From: Eledone cirrhosa
Taxonomy: Eukaryota
Direction: 5' to 3'
DNA: 64,000 nt
Assembly: GCA_964016885.1 (NCBI GenBank)
Contig: OZ024743.1
Span: forward strand, 83,514,001-83,578,000
Position 1 is the first letter of the stretch. Each line of letters opens with the position of its first letter. Both the position numbers and the translations under genes were made by a program. Below the pieces are notes generated by a model that had not been told where the DNA came from, made no database searches, and saw nothing but the letters and a program-made list of their open reading frames with translations. Below are positions 20,501-35,500 of the stretch, piece after piece.

Positions 20501-23500
20501 CAAGAGAGAGACAGACTAAGGTGTGACTATAGAGAAACAGACTAAGGTGTGACAATAGAGAGACAGACTAAGCTGTGACAATAGAGAAACAGACTAGGGT
20601 GTGACAATAAAGAAACAGACTAACGTGTGACAATAGAGAGACAGACTAAGCTGTGACAATAGAGAGGGACAGCCTAAGGTGTGACGATAGAGAGGGACAG
20701 CCTAAGGTGTGACAATAGAGAGGGACAGACTAAGGTGTGACAATAGAGAGCGAGACTAAGGTGTGACAATAGACAGAGACAGACTAAGGTGTTACAATAG
20801 AGAGACAAACTAGGGTGTGACAATAGAGAGACAGACTAAGGTGTGAGAAGTGAGAGACAGACTCAGGTGTGACAATAGAGAGGGACAGACTAAGGTGTGA
20901 CAATAGAGAGGGACAGACTAGGGAGTGACTATAGAGAGACAGACTAAGGTGTGACAATAGAGAGACAGACTAAGGTGTTACAATAGAGAGACAAACTAGG
21001 GTGTGACAATAGAGAGACAGACTAAGGTTTGACAATAGAGAGACAGACTAGGGTGTGACAATAGAGAGACAGACTAGGGTGTGACAATATAGAGAGACAG
21101 ACAAAGGTGTGACAATAGAGAGACAGACTAGGGTGTGACAATAGAGAGGGACAGACTAAGGTGTGATAATAGAGAGACAGACTAGGGTGTGACAATAGAG
21201 AGACAGACTAAGGTGTGACAATAGAGAGACAGACTAAGGTTTGACAATAGAGAGACAGACTAGGGTGTGACAATAGAGAGACAGACTAGGGTGTGACAAT
21301 ATAGAGAGACAGACAAAGGTGTGACAATAGAGAGACAGACTAGGGTGTGACAATAGAGAGGGACAGACTAAGGTGTGATAATAGAGAGACAGACTAGGGT
21401 GTGACAATAGAGAGACAGACTAAGGTGTGACAATAGAGAGACAGACTAAGGTGTGACAATAGAGAGAGACAGACTAAGGTGTTACAATAGAAAGACAAAC
21501 TAGGGTGTGACAATATAGAGAGACAGGCTAAGGTGTGACAATAGAGAGACAGACTAGGGTGTGACAATAGAGAGGGACAGACTAAGGTGTGATAATAGAG
21601 AGACAGACTAGGGTGTGACAATAGAGAGACAGACTAGGGTGTGACAATAGAGAGACAGACTAAGGTGTGACAATAGAGAGACAGACTAGGCTGTGACAAT
21701 ATAGAGACAGACTAAGGTGTGATAATAGAGAGACAGACTAGGGTGTGACAATAGAGAGACAGACTAGGGTGTGACAATATAGAGAGACAGGCTAAGGTGT
21801 GACAATAGAGAGACAGACTAGGGTGTGACAATAGAGAGGGACAGACTAAGGTGTGATAATAGAGAGACAGACTAGGGCGTGACAATAGAGAGACAGACTA
21901 GGGTCTGACAATAGAGAGGGACAGACTAAGGTGTGATAATAGAGAGACAGACTAGGGTGTGACAATAGAGAGACAGACTAGGGTGTGACAATAGAGAGAC
22001 AGACTAAGGTGTGACAATATAGAGACAGACTAGGGTGTGACAATATAGAGACAGACTAAGGTGTGATAATAGAGAGACTGACTAGGGTGTGACAATATAG
22101 AGACAGACTAGGGTGTGACAATAGAGAGATAAACTAAGGTGTGACAATATAGAGACAGACTAGGGTGTGACAATATAGAGACAGACTAGGGTGTGACAAT
22201 AGAGAGACAGACTAAGGTGTGACAATAGAGAGGGGCAGACTAAGGTGTGATAATAGAGAGACAGACTAGGGTGTGACGATAGAGAGACAGACTAAGGTGT
22301 GACAATACAGAGGGACAGACTAAGGTGTGATAATAGAGAGACAGACTAGGGTGTGACAATAGAGAGACAGACTAGGGTGTGACAATATAGAGAGACAGGC
22401 TAAGGTGTGACAATAGAGAGACAGACTAGGGTGTGACAATAGAGAGGGACAGACTAAGGTGTGATAATAGAGAGACAGACAAGGGTGTGACAATAGAGAG
22501 ACAGACTAGGGTGTGACAATAGTGAGACAGACTAAGGTGTGACAATATAGAGACAGACTAGGGTGTGACAATATAGAGACAGACTAAGGTGTGATAATAG
22601 AGAGACAGACTAGGGTGTGACAATAGAGAGACAGACTAAGGTGTGACAATAGAGAGGGACAGACTAAGGTGTGATAATAGAGAGACAGACTAGGGTGTGA
22701 CAATAGAGAGACAGACTAAGGTGTGACAAGAGAGAGACAGACTAAGGTGTGACAATAGAGAGGGACAGACTAAGGTGTAATAATAGAGAGACAGACCAGG
22801 GTGTGACAATATAGAGAGACAGACTATGGTGTGACAATAGAGAGGGACAGACTAAGGTGTGACAATAGAGAGACATACTAAGGTGTGACAATAGAGAGAC
22901 AGACTAGTGTGTGACAATATAGAGAGACAGACTAAGGTGTGACAATAGAGAGACAGACTAATGTGTGACAATAGAGAGACAGACTAAGGTGTGACAATAG
23001 AAAGGGACAGAATAAAGTGTGACAATAGAGAGACAGACTAGGTTGTGACAATATAGAGACAGACAAAGGTGTGACAATAGAGAGACAGACTAGGGTGTGA
23101 CATTAGAGAGACAGACTAAGGTGTGACAATAGAGCGACATACTAAGGTGTGACAATAGACAAACAGACTAAGGTGTGACAATAGAGAGAGACAGACTAAG
23201 GTGTGACAATAGAGAGACAGACTAGGGTGTAACAATAGAGAGACACACTAAGGTGTGACAATATAGAGACAGACTAGAATGTGACAATATAGAGAGACAG
23301 ACTAAGGTGTGACAATAGAGAGACAGACTAGGGTGTGACAATAGAGAGGGACAGACTAAGGTGTGATAATAGAGAGACAGACTAGGGTGTGACAATAGAG
23401 AGACAGACTAGGGTGTGACAATATAGAGAGACAGACTAAGGTGTGACAATAGAGAGACAGACTAGGGTGTGACAATAGAGAGGGACAGACTAAGGTGTGA

Positions 23501-26500
23501 TAATAGAGAGACAGACTAGGGTGTGACAATAGAGAGACAGACTAAGGTGTGACAATAGAGAGACAGACTAGAGTGTGACAATAGAGAGACAGACTGAGGT
23601 GTGACAATACAGAGACAGACTAAGGTGTGAAAATATAGAGAGACAGAATAAGGTGTGACAATAGAGAGACAGACTAAGGTGTGACAATAGAGAGACAGAC
23701 TGAGGTGTGACAAGAGAGAGACAGACTAACGTGTGACAATAGAGAGACAGACTAAGGTGTGACAATAGAGTGGGACAGACTAAGGTGTGACAATAGAGAG
23801 ACAGACAAGGTTGTGACAATAGAGAGACAGACTAAGATGTGACAAGAGAGAGACAGACTAGGTTGTGACAATAGAGAGACAGACGAAGGTGTGACAAGAG
23901 AGAGACCGACTAAGGTGTGACTATAGAGAAACAGACTAAGGTGTGACAATAGAGAGACAGATTAAGCTGTGACAATAGAGAAACAGACTAGGGTGTGACA
24001 CTAGAGAAACAGACTAAGGTGTGACAATAGAGAGACAGACTAAGCTGTGACAATAGAGAAACAGACTAGAGTGTGACAATAGAGGGACAGACTAAGGTGT
24101 GATAATAGAGAGACAGACTAAGGTGTGACAATAGAGAGGGACAGACTAAGGTGTGACAATAGAGAGGGACAGACTAAGGTGTAACAATAGAGAGACAGAC
24201 TAGGGTGTGACAATAGAGAGACAGACTAAGGTGTGACAATAGAGAGACAGACTAAGGTGTGACAATAGAGAGAGACAGACTAAGGTGTGACAATATAGAG
24301 ACAGACTATGGTGTGACAATAGAGAGGGACAGACTAATGTGTGACAATAAAGAGGGACAGACTAAGGTGTGACAATATAGAGACAGACCAGAGTGTGACA
24401 ATATAGAGAGACAGACTAAGGTGTGACAATAGAGAGACAGACTAGGGTGTGCCAATAGAGAGGGACAGACTAAGGTGTGATAATAGAGAGACAGACTAGG
24501 GTGTGACAATAGAGAGACAGACTAGGGTGTGACAATAGAGAGACAGACTAAGGTGTGACAATAGAGAGGGACAGACTAAGGTGTGACAATAGAGAGACAG
24601 ACTAGGGTGTGACAATAGAGAGACAGACTAAGGTGTGACAATAGAGAGGGACAGACTAAGGTGTGACAATAGAGAGAGAGACTAAGGTGTGACAATAGAG
24701 AGAGACAGACTAGGGTGTGACAATATAGAGACAGACTAAGGTGTGATAATAGAGAGACAGACTAGGGTGTGACAATAGAGAGACAGACTAGGGTGTGACA
24801 ATATAGAGAGACAGGCTAAGGTGTGACAATAGAGAGACAGACTAGGGTGTGACAATAGAGAGAGACAGACTAAGGTGTGATAATAGAGAGACAGACTAGG
24901 GTGTGACAATAGAGAGACAGACTAGGGTGTGACAATAGTGAGACAGACTAAGGTGTGACAATATAGAGACAGACTAGGGTGTGACAATATAGAGACAGAC
25001 TAAGGTGTGATAATAGAGAGACAGACTAGGGTGTGACAATAGAGAGACAGACTAAGGTGTGACAATAGAGAGGGACAGACTAAGGTGTGATAATAGAGAG
25101 ACAGACAAGGGTGTGACAATAGAGAGAGACAGACTATGGTGTGACAATAGAGAGGGACAGACTAAGGTGTGACAATAGAGAGACATACTAAGGTGTGACA
25201 ATAGAGAAACAAACTAGTGTGTGACAATATAGAGAGACAGACTAAGGTGTGACAATAGAGAGACAGACTAAGGTGTGACAATAGAGAGACAGACTAAGGT
25301 GTGACAATAGAAAGGGACAGAATAAGGTGTGACAATAGAGAGACAGACTAGGGTGTGACAATAGAGAGACAGACTAGGGTGTGACAATATAGAGAGACAG
25401 ACTCAGGTGTGACAATAGAGAGACAGACTAGGGTGTGACAATAGAGAGGGACAGACTAAGGTGTGACAATAGAGAGACAGACTAGGGTGTGACAATAGAG
25501 AGACAGACTAAGGTGTGACAATAGAGAGACAGACTAGGGTTTAACAATATAGAGACAGACTAAGGTGTGATAATAGAGAGACAGATTAGGGTGTGACAAT
25601 AGAGAGACAGACTAGGGTGTGAAAATATAGAGAGACAGAATAAGGTGTGACAATAGAGAGACAGACTAAGGTGTGACAATAGAGAGATAGACTGAGGTGT
25701 GACAAGAGAGAGACAGACTAACGTGTGACAATAGAGAGACAGACTAAGGTGTGACAATAGAGTGGGACAGACTAAGGTGTGACAATAGAGAGACAGACAA
25801 GGTTGTGACAATAGAGAGACAGACTAAGGTGTGACAAGAGAGAGACAGACTAGGTTCTGACAATAGAGAGACAGACGAAGGTGTGACAAGAGAGAGACCG
25901 ACTAAGATTTGACTATAGAGAAACAGACTAAGGTGTGACAATAGAGAGACAGATTAAGCTGTGACAATAGAGAAACAGACTAGGGTGTGACACTAGAGAA
26001 ACAGACTAAGGTGTGACAATAGAGAGACAGACTAAGCTGTGACAATAGAGAAACAGACTAGAGTGTGACAATAGAGGGACAGACTAAGGTGTGATAATAG
26101 AGAGACAGACTAAGGTGTGACAATAGAGAGGGACAGACTAAGGTGTGACAATAGAGAGGGACAGACTAAGGTGTAACAATAGAGAGACAGACTAGGGTGT
26201 GACAATAGAGAGACAGACTAAGGTGTGACAATAGAGAGACAGACTAAGGTGTGACAATAGAGAGAGACAGACTAAGGTGTGACAATATAGAGACAGACTA
26301 TGGTATGACAATAGAGAGGGACAGACTAATATGTGCCAATAAAGAGGGACAGACTAAGGTGTGACAATATAGAGACAGACCAGAGTGTGACAATATAGAG
26401 AGACAGACTAAGGTGTGACAATAGAGAGACAGACTAGGGTGTGCCAATAGAGAGGGCCAGACTAAGGTGTGATAATAGAGAGACAGACTAGGGTGTGACA

Positions 26501-29500
26501 ATAGAGAGACAGACTAGGGTGTGACAATAGAGAGACAGACTAAGGTGTGACAATAGAGAGGGACAGACTAAGGTGTGACAATAGAGAGACAGACTAGGGT
26601 GTGACAATAGAGAGACAGACTGAGGTGTGACAAGAGAGAGACAGACTAAGGTGTGACAATAGAGAGACAGACTAAGGTGTGACAATAGAGTGGGACAGAC
26701 TAAGGTGTGACAATAGAGAGACAGACTAGGTTGTGACAATAGAGAGACAGACTAAGGTGTGACAATAGAGAGAGACAGACTAAGGTGTTACAATAGAGAG
26801 ACAAACTAGGGTGTGACAATAGAGAGACAGACTAAGGTTTGACAATAGAGAGACAGACTAGGGTGTGACAATAGAGAGACAGACTAGGGTGTGACAATAT
26901 AGAGAGACAGACTAAGGTGTGACAATAGAGAGACAGACTAGGGTGTGACAATAGAGAGACAGACTAGGGTGTGACAATAGAGAGGGACAGACTAAGGTGT
27001 GATAATAGAGAGACAGGCTAGGGTGTGACAATAGAGAGACAGACTAGGGTGTGACAATAGAGAGACAGACTAAGGTGTGACAATAGAGAGATAGAATAGG
27101 GTGTGACAATATAGAGACAGACTAAGGTGTGATAATAGAGAGACAGACTAGGGTGTGACAATAGAGAGACAGACTAGAGTGTGACAATATAGAGAGACAG
27201 GCTAAGGTGTGACAATAGAGAGAAAGACTTGTGTGTGACAATAGAGAGGGACAGACTAAGGTGTGATAATAGAGAGACAGACTAGGGTGTGACAATAGAG
27301 AGACAGACTAGGGTGTGACAATAGAGAGGGACAGACTAAGGTGTGATAATAGAGAGACAGACTAGGGTGTGACAATAGAGAGACAGACTAGGGTGTGACA
27401 ATAGAGAGACAGACTAAGCTGTGACAATATAGAGACAGACTAAGGTGTGATAATAGAGAGACAGACTAGGGTGTGACAATAGAGAGACAGACTAGGGTGT
27501 GACAATATAGAGAGACAGGCTAAGGTGTGACAATAGAGAGACAGACTAGGGTGTGACAATAGAGAGGGACAGACTAAGGTGTGATATTAGAGAGACAAAC
27601 TAGGGTGTGACAATAGAGAGACAGACTAGGCTGTGACAATAGAGAGACAGACTAAGGTGTGACAATATAGAGACAGACTAGAGTGTGACAATATAGAGAC
27701 AGACTAAGATGTGATAATAGAGAGACAGACTAGGGTGTGACAATAGAGAGACAGTCTAAGGTGTGACAATAGAGAGGGACAGACTAAGGTGTGATAATAG
27801 AGAGACAGACTAGGGTGTGACAATAGAGAGACAGACTAAGGTGTGTCAATACAGAGGGACAGACTAAGGTGTGATAATAGAGAGACAGACTAGGGTGTGA
27901 CAATAGAGAGACAGACTAAGGTGTGACAAGAGAGAGACAGACTAAGGTGTGACAATAGAGAGGGACAGACTAATTTGTAATAATAGAGAGACAGACCAGG
28001 GTGTGACAATATAGAGAGACAGACTATGGTGTGACAATAGAGAGGGACAGACTAAGGTGTGACAATAGAGAGACAGACTAAGGTGTAACAATTGTGAGAC
28101 AGACTAGGGTGTGACAATATAGAGAGACAGACTAAGGTGTGACAATAGAGAGACAGACTAAGGTGTGACAATAGAGAGACAGACTAAGGTGTGACACTAG
28201 AAAGGGACAGGATAAGGTGTGACAATAGAGAGACAGACTAGGTTGTGACAATATAGAGACAGACTAAGGTGTGACAATAGAGAGACAGACTAGGGTGTGA
28301 CATTAGAGAGACAGACTAAGGTGTGACAATAGAGAGACAGACTAGGGTGTGACAATAGAGAGACAGACTAGGGTGTGACAATATAGAGAGACAGGCTAAG
28401 GTGTGACAATAGAGAGACAGACTAGGGTGTGACAATAGAGAGAGACAGACTAAGGTGTGATAATAGAGAGACAGACTAGGGTGTGACAATAGAGAGACAG
28501 ACTAGGGTGTGACAATAGTGAGACAGACTAAGGTGTGACAATATAGAGACAGACTAGGGTGTGACAATATAGAGACAGACTAAGGTGTGATAATAGAGAG
28601 ACAGACTAGGGTGTGACAATAGAGAGACAGACTAAGGTGTGACAATAGAGAGGGACAGACTAAGGTGTGATAATAGAGAGACAGACAAGGGTGTGACAAT
28701 AGAGAGAGACAGACTATGGTGTGACAATAGAGAGGGACAGACTAAGGTGTGACAATAGAGAGACATACTAAGGTGTGACAATAGAGAAACAAACTAGTGT
28801 GTGACAATATAGAGAGACAGACTAAGGTGTGACAATAGAGAGACAGACTAAGGTGTGACAATAGAGAGACAGACTAAGGTGTGACAATAGAAAGGGACAG
28901 AATAAGGTGTGACAATAGAGAGACAGACTAGGGTGTGACAATAGAGAGACAGACTAGGGTGTGACAATATAGAGAGACAGACTCAGGTGTGACAATAGAG
29001 AGACAGACTAGGGTGTGACAATAGAGAGGGACAGACTAAGGTGTGACAATAGAGAGACAGACTAGGGTGTGACAATAGAGAGACAGACTAAGGTGTGACA
29101 ATAGAGAGACAGACTAAGGTTTAACAATATAGAGACAGACTAAGGTGTGATAATAGAGAGACAGATTAGGGTGTGACAATAGAGAGACAGACTAGGGTGT
29201 GAAAATATAGAGAGACAGAATAAGGTGTGACAATAGAGAGACAGACTAAGGTGTGACAATAGAGAGATAGACTGAGGTGTGACAAGAGAGAGACAGACTA
29301 ACGTGTGACAATAGAGAGACAGACTAAGGTGTGACAATAGAGTGGGACAGACTAAGGTGTGACAATAGAGAGACAGACAAGGTTGTGACAATAGAGAGAC
29401 AGACTAAGGTGTGACAAGAGAGAGACAGACTAGGTTCTGACAATAGAGAGACAGACGAAGGTGTGACAAGAGAGAGACCGACTAAGATTTGACTATAGAG

Positions 29501-32500
29501 AAACAGACTAAGGTGTGACAATAGAGAGACAGATTAAGCTGTGACAATAGAGAAACAGACTAGGGTGTGACACTAGAGAAACAGACTAAGGTGTGACAAT
29601 AGAGAGACAGACTAAGCTGTGACAATAGAGAAACAGACTAGAGTGTGACAATAGAGGGACAGACTAAGGTGTGATAATAGAGAGACAGACTAAGGTGTGA
29701 CAATAGAGAGGGACAGACTAAGGTGTGACAATAGAGAGGGACAGACTAAGGTGTAACAATAGAGAGACAGACTAGGGTGTGACAATAGAGAGACAGACTA
29801 AGGTGTGACAATAGAGAGACAGACTAAGGTGTGACAATATAGAGACAGACTATGGTATGACAATAGAGAGGGACAGACTAATATGTGCCAATAAAGAGGG
29901 ACAGACTAAGGTGTGACAATATAGAGACAGACCAGAGTGTGACAATATAGAGAGACAGACTAAGGTGTGACAATAGAGAGACAGACTAGGGTGTGCCAAT
30001 AGAGAGGGCCAGACTAAGGTGTGATAATAGAGAGACAGACTAGGGTGTGACAATAGAGAGACAGACTAGGGTGTGACAATAGAGAGACAGACTAAGGTGT
30101 GACAATAGAGAGGGACAGACTAAGGTGTGACAATAGAGAGACAGACTAGGGTGTGACAATAGAGAGACAGACTGAGGTGTGACAAGAGAGAGACAGACTA
30201 AGGTGTGACAATAGAGAGACAGACTAAGGTGTGACAATAGAGTGGGACAGACTAAGGTGTGACAATAGAGAGACAGACTAGGTTGTGACAATAGAGAGAC
30301 AGACTAAGGTGTGACAATAGAGAGAGACAGACTAAGGTGTTACAATAGAGAGACAAACTAGGGTGTGACAATAGAGAGACAGACTAAGGTTTGACAATAG
30401 AGAGACAGACTAGGGTGTGACAATAGAGAGACAGACTAGGGTGTGACAATATAGAGAGACAGACTAAGGTGTGACAATAGAGAGACAGACTAGGGTGTGA
30501 CAATAGAGAGACAGACTAGGGTGTGACAATAGAGAGGGACAGACTAAGGTGTGATAATAGAGAGACAGGCTAGGGTGTGACAATAGAGAGACAGACTAGG
30601 GTGTGACAATAGAGAGACAGACTAAGGTGTGACAATAGAGAGATAGAATAGGGTGTGACAATATAGAGACAGACTAAGGTGTGATAATAGAGAGACAGAC
30701 TAGGGTGTGACAATAGAGAGACAGACTAGAGTGTGACAATATAGAGAGACAGGCTAAGGTGTGACAATAGAGAGAAAGACTTGTGTGTGACAATAGAGAG
30801 GGACAGACTAAGGTGTGATAATAGAGAGACAGACTAGGGTGTGACAATAGAGAGACAGACTAGGGTGTGACAATAGAGAGGGACAGACTAAGGTGTGATA
30901 ATAGAGAGACAGACTAGGGTGTGACAATAGAGAGACAGACTAGGGTGTGACAATAGAGAGACAGACTAAGCTGTGACAATATAGAGACAGACTAAGGTGT
31001 GATAATAGAGAGACAGACTAGGGTGTGACAATAGAGAGACAGACTAGGGTGTGACAATATAGAGAGACAGGCTAAGGTGTGACAATAGAGAGACAGACTA
31101 GGGTGTGACAATAGAGAGGGACAGACTAAGGTGTGATAATAGAGAGACAAACTAGGGTGTGACAATAGAGAGACAGACTAGGCTGTGACAATAGAGAGAC
31201 AGACTAAGGTGTGACAATATAGAGACAGACTAGAGTGTGACAATATAGAGACAGACTAAGATGTGATAATAGAGAGACAGACTAGGGTGTGACAATAGAG
31301 AGACAGTCTAAGGTGTGACAATAGAGAGGGACAGACTAAGGTGTGATAATAGAGAGACAGACTAGGGTGTGACAATAGAGAGACAGACTAAGGTGTGTCA
31401 ATACAGAGGGACAGACTAAGGTGTGATAATAGAGAGACAGACTAGGGTGTGACAATAGAGAGACAGACTAAGGTGTGACAAGAGACAGACAGACTAAGGT
31501 GTGACAATAGAGAGGGACAGACTAATTTGTAATAATAGAGAGACAGACCAGGGTGTGACAATATAGAGAGACAGACTATGGTGTGACAATAGAGAGGGAC
31601 AGACTAAGGTGTGACAATAGAGAGACAGACTAAGGTGTAACAATTGTGAGACAGACTAGGGTGTGACAATATAGAGAGACAGACTAAGGTGTGACAATAG
31701 AGAGACAGACTAAGGTGTGACAATAGAGAGACAGACTAAGGTGTGACACTAGAAAGGGACAGGATAAGGTGTGACAATAGAGAGACAGACTAGGTTGTGA
31801 CAATATAGAGACAGACTAAGGTGTGACAATAGAGAGACAGACTAGGGTGTGACATTAGAGAGACAGACTAAGGTGTGACAATAGAGAGACATACTAAGGT
31901 GTGACAATAGACAGACTGACTAAGGTGTGACAATAGAGAGAGACAGACTAAGGTGTGACAATATAGAGACAGATTATGGTGTGACAATAGAGAGGGACAG
32001 ACTAAGGTGTGACAATAGAGAGGGACAGACTAAGGTGTGACAATATAGAGACAGACTAGAGTGTGACAATATAGAGAGACAGACTAAGGTGTGACAATAG
32101 AGAGACAGACTAGGGTGTGCCAATAGAGAGGGACAGACTAAGGTGTGATAATAGAGAGACCGACTAAGGTGTGACAATAGAGAGACAAACTAGGGTGTGA
32201 CAATAGAGAGGGACAGACTAAGGTGTGATAATAGAGAGACAGACAAGGGTGTGACAATATAGAGAGACAGACTAATGTGTGACAATAGAGACAGACTAGG
32301 GTGTGACAATATAGAGAGACAGACTAAGGTGTGACAATAGAGAAACAGACTAAGGTGTGACAATATAGAGAGACAGAATAAGGTGTGACAATAGAGAGAC
32401 AGACTAAGGTGTGACAATAGAGAGACAGACTGAGGTGTGACAAGAGAGAGACAGATTAAGGTGTGACAATAGAGAGACAGACTAAGGTGTGACAATAGAG

Positions 32501-35500
32501 TGGGACAGACTAAGGTGTGACAATAGAGGGACAGACTAGGTTGTGACAATAGAGAGACAGACTAAGGTGTGACAAGAGAGAGACAGACTAGGTTGTGACA
32601 ATAGAGAGACAGACGAAGGTGTGACAAGAGAGAGACCGACTAAGGTGTGACTATAGAGAAACAGACTAAGGTGTGACAATAGAGAGACAGATTAAGCTGT
32701 GACAATAGAGAAACAGACTAGGGTGTGACACTGGAGAAACAGACTAAGGTGTGACAATAGAGAGGGACAGACTAAGGTGTGACAATAGAGAGGGACAGAC
32801 TAAGGTGTGACAATAGAGAGACAGACTAAGGTATGACAATAGAGAGACAGACTAAGGTGTGAGAAGAGAGAGACAGACTAAGGTGTGATAATAGAGAGAC
32901 AGACTAGGGTGTGACAATAGAGAGACAGACTACGGTGAGACAATAGAGAGGGACAGACTAAGGTGTGATAATAGAGAGACAGACTAGGGTGTGACGATAG
33001 AGAGACAGACTAGGGTGTGACAATAGAGAGGGACAGACTAAGGTGTGATAATAGAGAGACAGACTAGGGTGTGATAATAGAGAGACAGACTAGGGTGTGA
33101 CAATAGAGAGACAGACTAAGGTGTGACAATATAGAGACAGACTAGGGTGTGACAATATAGAGAGAGACTAAGGTGTGATAATAGAGATACAGACTAGGGT
33201 GTGACAATAGAGAGACAGACTAGGGTGTGACAATATAGAGAGACAGGCTAAGGTGTGATAATAGAGAGACAGACTAGTGTGTGACAATAGAGAGGGACAG
33301 ACTAAGGTGTGATGATAGAGAGACAGACTAGGGTGTGGCAATAGAGAGACTGACTAGGGTGTGACAATAGAGAGACAGACTAAGGTGTGACAATATAGAG
33401 ACAGACTAGAGTGTGACAATATAGAGACAGACTAAGGTGTGATAATAGAGAGACAGAGTAGGGTGTGACAATAGAGAGACAGACTAAGGTGTGACAATAT
33501 AGAGACAGACTAGAGTGTGACAATATAGAGAGACAGACTAAGGTGTGACAATAGAGAGACAGACTAGGGTGTGCCAATACAGAGGGACAGACTAAGGTGT
33601 GATAATAGAGAGACAGACTAGGGTGTGACAATAGAGAGACAGACTAGGGTGTGACAATAGAGAGACAGACTAAGGTGTTACAATAGAGAGGGACAGACTA
33701 AGGTGTGACAATAGAGAGACAGACTAGGGTGTGACAATAGAGAGACAGACTAAGGTGTGACAATAGGGAGGGACAGACTAAGGTGTGACAATAGAGAGAC
33801 AGACTAAGGTGTGACAATAGAGAGAGACAGACTAGGGTGTGACAATATAGAGACAGACTAAGGTGTGATAATAGAGAGACAGACTAGGGTGTGACAATAG
33901 AGAGACAGACTAGGGTGTGACAATATAGAGAGACAGGCTAAGGTGTGACAATAGAGAGACAGACTAGGGTGTGACAATATAGAGACAGACTAAGGTGTGA
34001 TAATAGAGAGACAGACGAGGGTGTGACAATAGAGAGACAGTCTAAGGTGTGACAATAGAGAGGGACAGACTAAGGTGTGATAATAGAGAGACAGACTAGG
34101 GTGTGACAATAGAGAGACAGACTAAGGTGTGTCAATACAGAGGGACAGACTATGGTGTGATAATAGAGAGACAGACTAGGGTGTGACAATAGAGAGACAG
34201 ACTAAGGTGTGACAAGAGAGAGACAGACTAAGGTGTGACAATAGAGAGGGACAGACTAAGTTGTAATAATAGAGAGACAGACCAGGGTGTGACAATATAG
34301 AGAGACAGACTATGGTGTGACAATAGAGAGGGACAGACTAAGGTGTGACAATAGAGAGACAGACTAAGGTGTAACAATTGTGAGACAGACTAGGGTGTGA
34401 CAATATAGAGAGACAGACTACGGTGTGACAATAGAGAGACAGACTAAGGTGTGACAATAGAGAGACAGACTAAGGTGTGACAATAGAAAGGGACAGAATA
34501 AGTTGTGACAATAGAGAGACAGACAAGGTTGTGACAATATAGAGACAGACTAAGGTGTGACAATAGAGAGACAGACTAGGGTGTGACATTAGAGAGACAG
34601 ACTAAGGTGTGACAATAGAGAGACATACTAAGGTGTGACAATAGACAGACAGACTAAGGTGTGACAATAGAGAGAGACAGACTAAGGTGTGACAATATAG
34701 AAACAGATTATGGTGTGACAATAGAGAGGGACAGACTAAGGTGTGACAATAGAGAGGGACAGACTAAGGTGTGACAATATAGAGACAGACTAGAGTGTGA
34801 CAATATAGAGAGACAGACTAAGGTGTGACAATAGAGAGACAGACCAGGGTGTGCCAATAGAGAGGGACAGACTAATGTGTGATAATAGAGAGACAGACTA
34901 AGGTGTGACAATAGAGAGACAAACTAGGGTGTGACAATAGAGAGGGACAGACTAAGGTGTGATAATAGAGAGACAGACTAGGGTGTGACAATATAGAGAG
35001 ACAGACTAAGGTGTGACAATAGAGACAGACTAGGGTGTGACAATATAGAGAGACAGGCTAAGGTGTGACAATAGAGAGACAGACTAAGGTGTGACAATAT
35101 AGAGAGACAGAATAAGGTGTGACAATAGAGAGACAGACTAAGGTGTGACAATAGAGAGACAGACTGAGGTGTGACAAGAGAGAGACAGACTAAGGTGTGA
35201 CAATAGAGAGACAGACTAGGTTGTGACAATAGAGAGACAGACTAAGGTGTGACAAGAGAGAGACAGACTAGGTTGTGACAATAGAGAGACAGACGAAGGT
35301 TTGACAAGAGAGAGACCGACTAAGGTGTGACAATATAGAGACAGACTAAGGTGTGATAATAGAGAGACAGACTAGGGTGTGACAATAGAGAGACAGACTA
35401 GGGTGTGACAATATAGAGAGACAGGCTAAGGTTTGATAATAGAGAGACAGACTAGTGTGTGACAATACAGAGGGACAGACTAAGGTGTGATGATAGAGAG

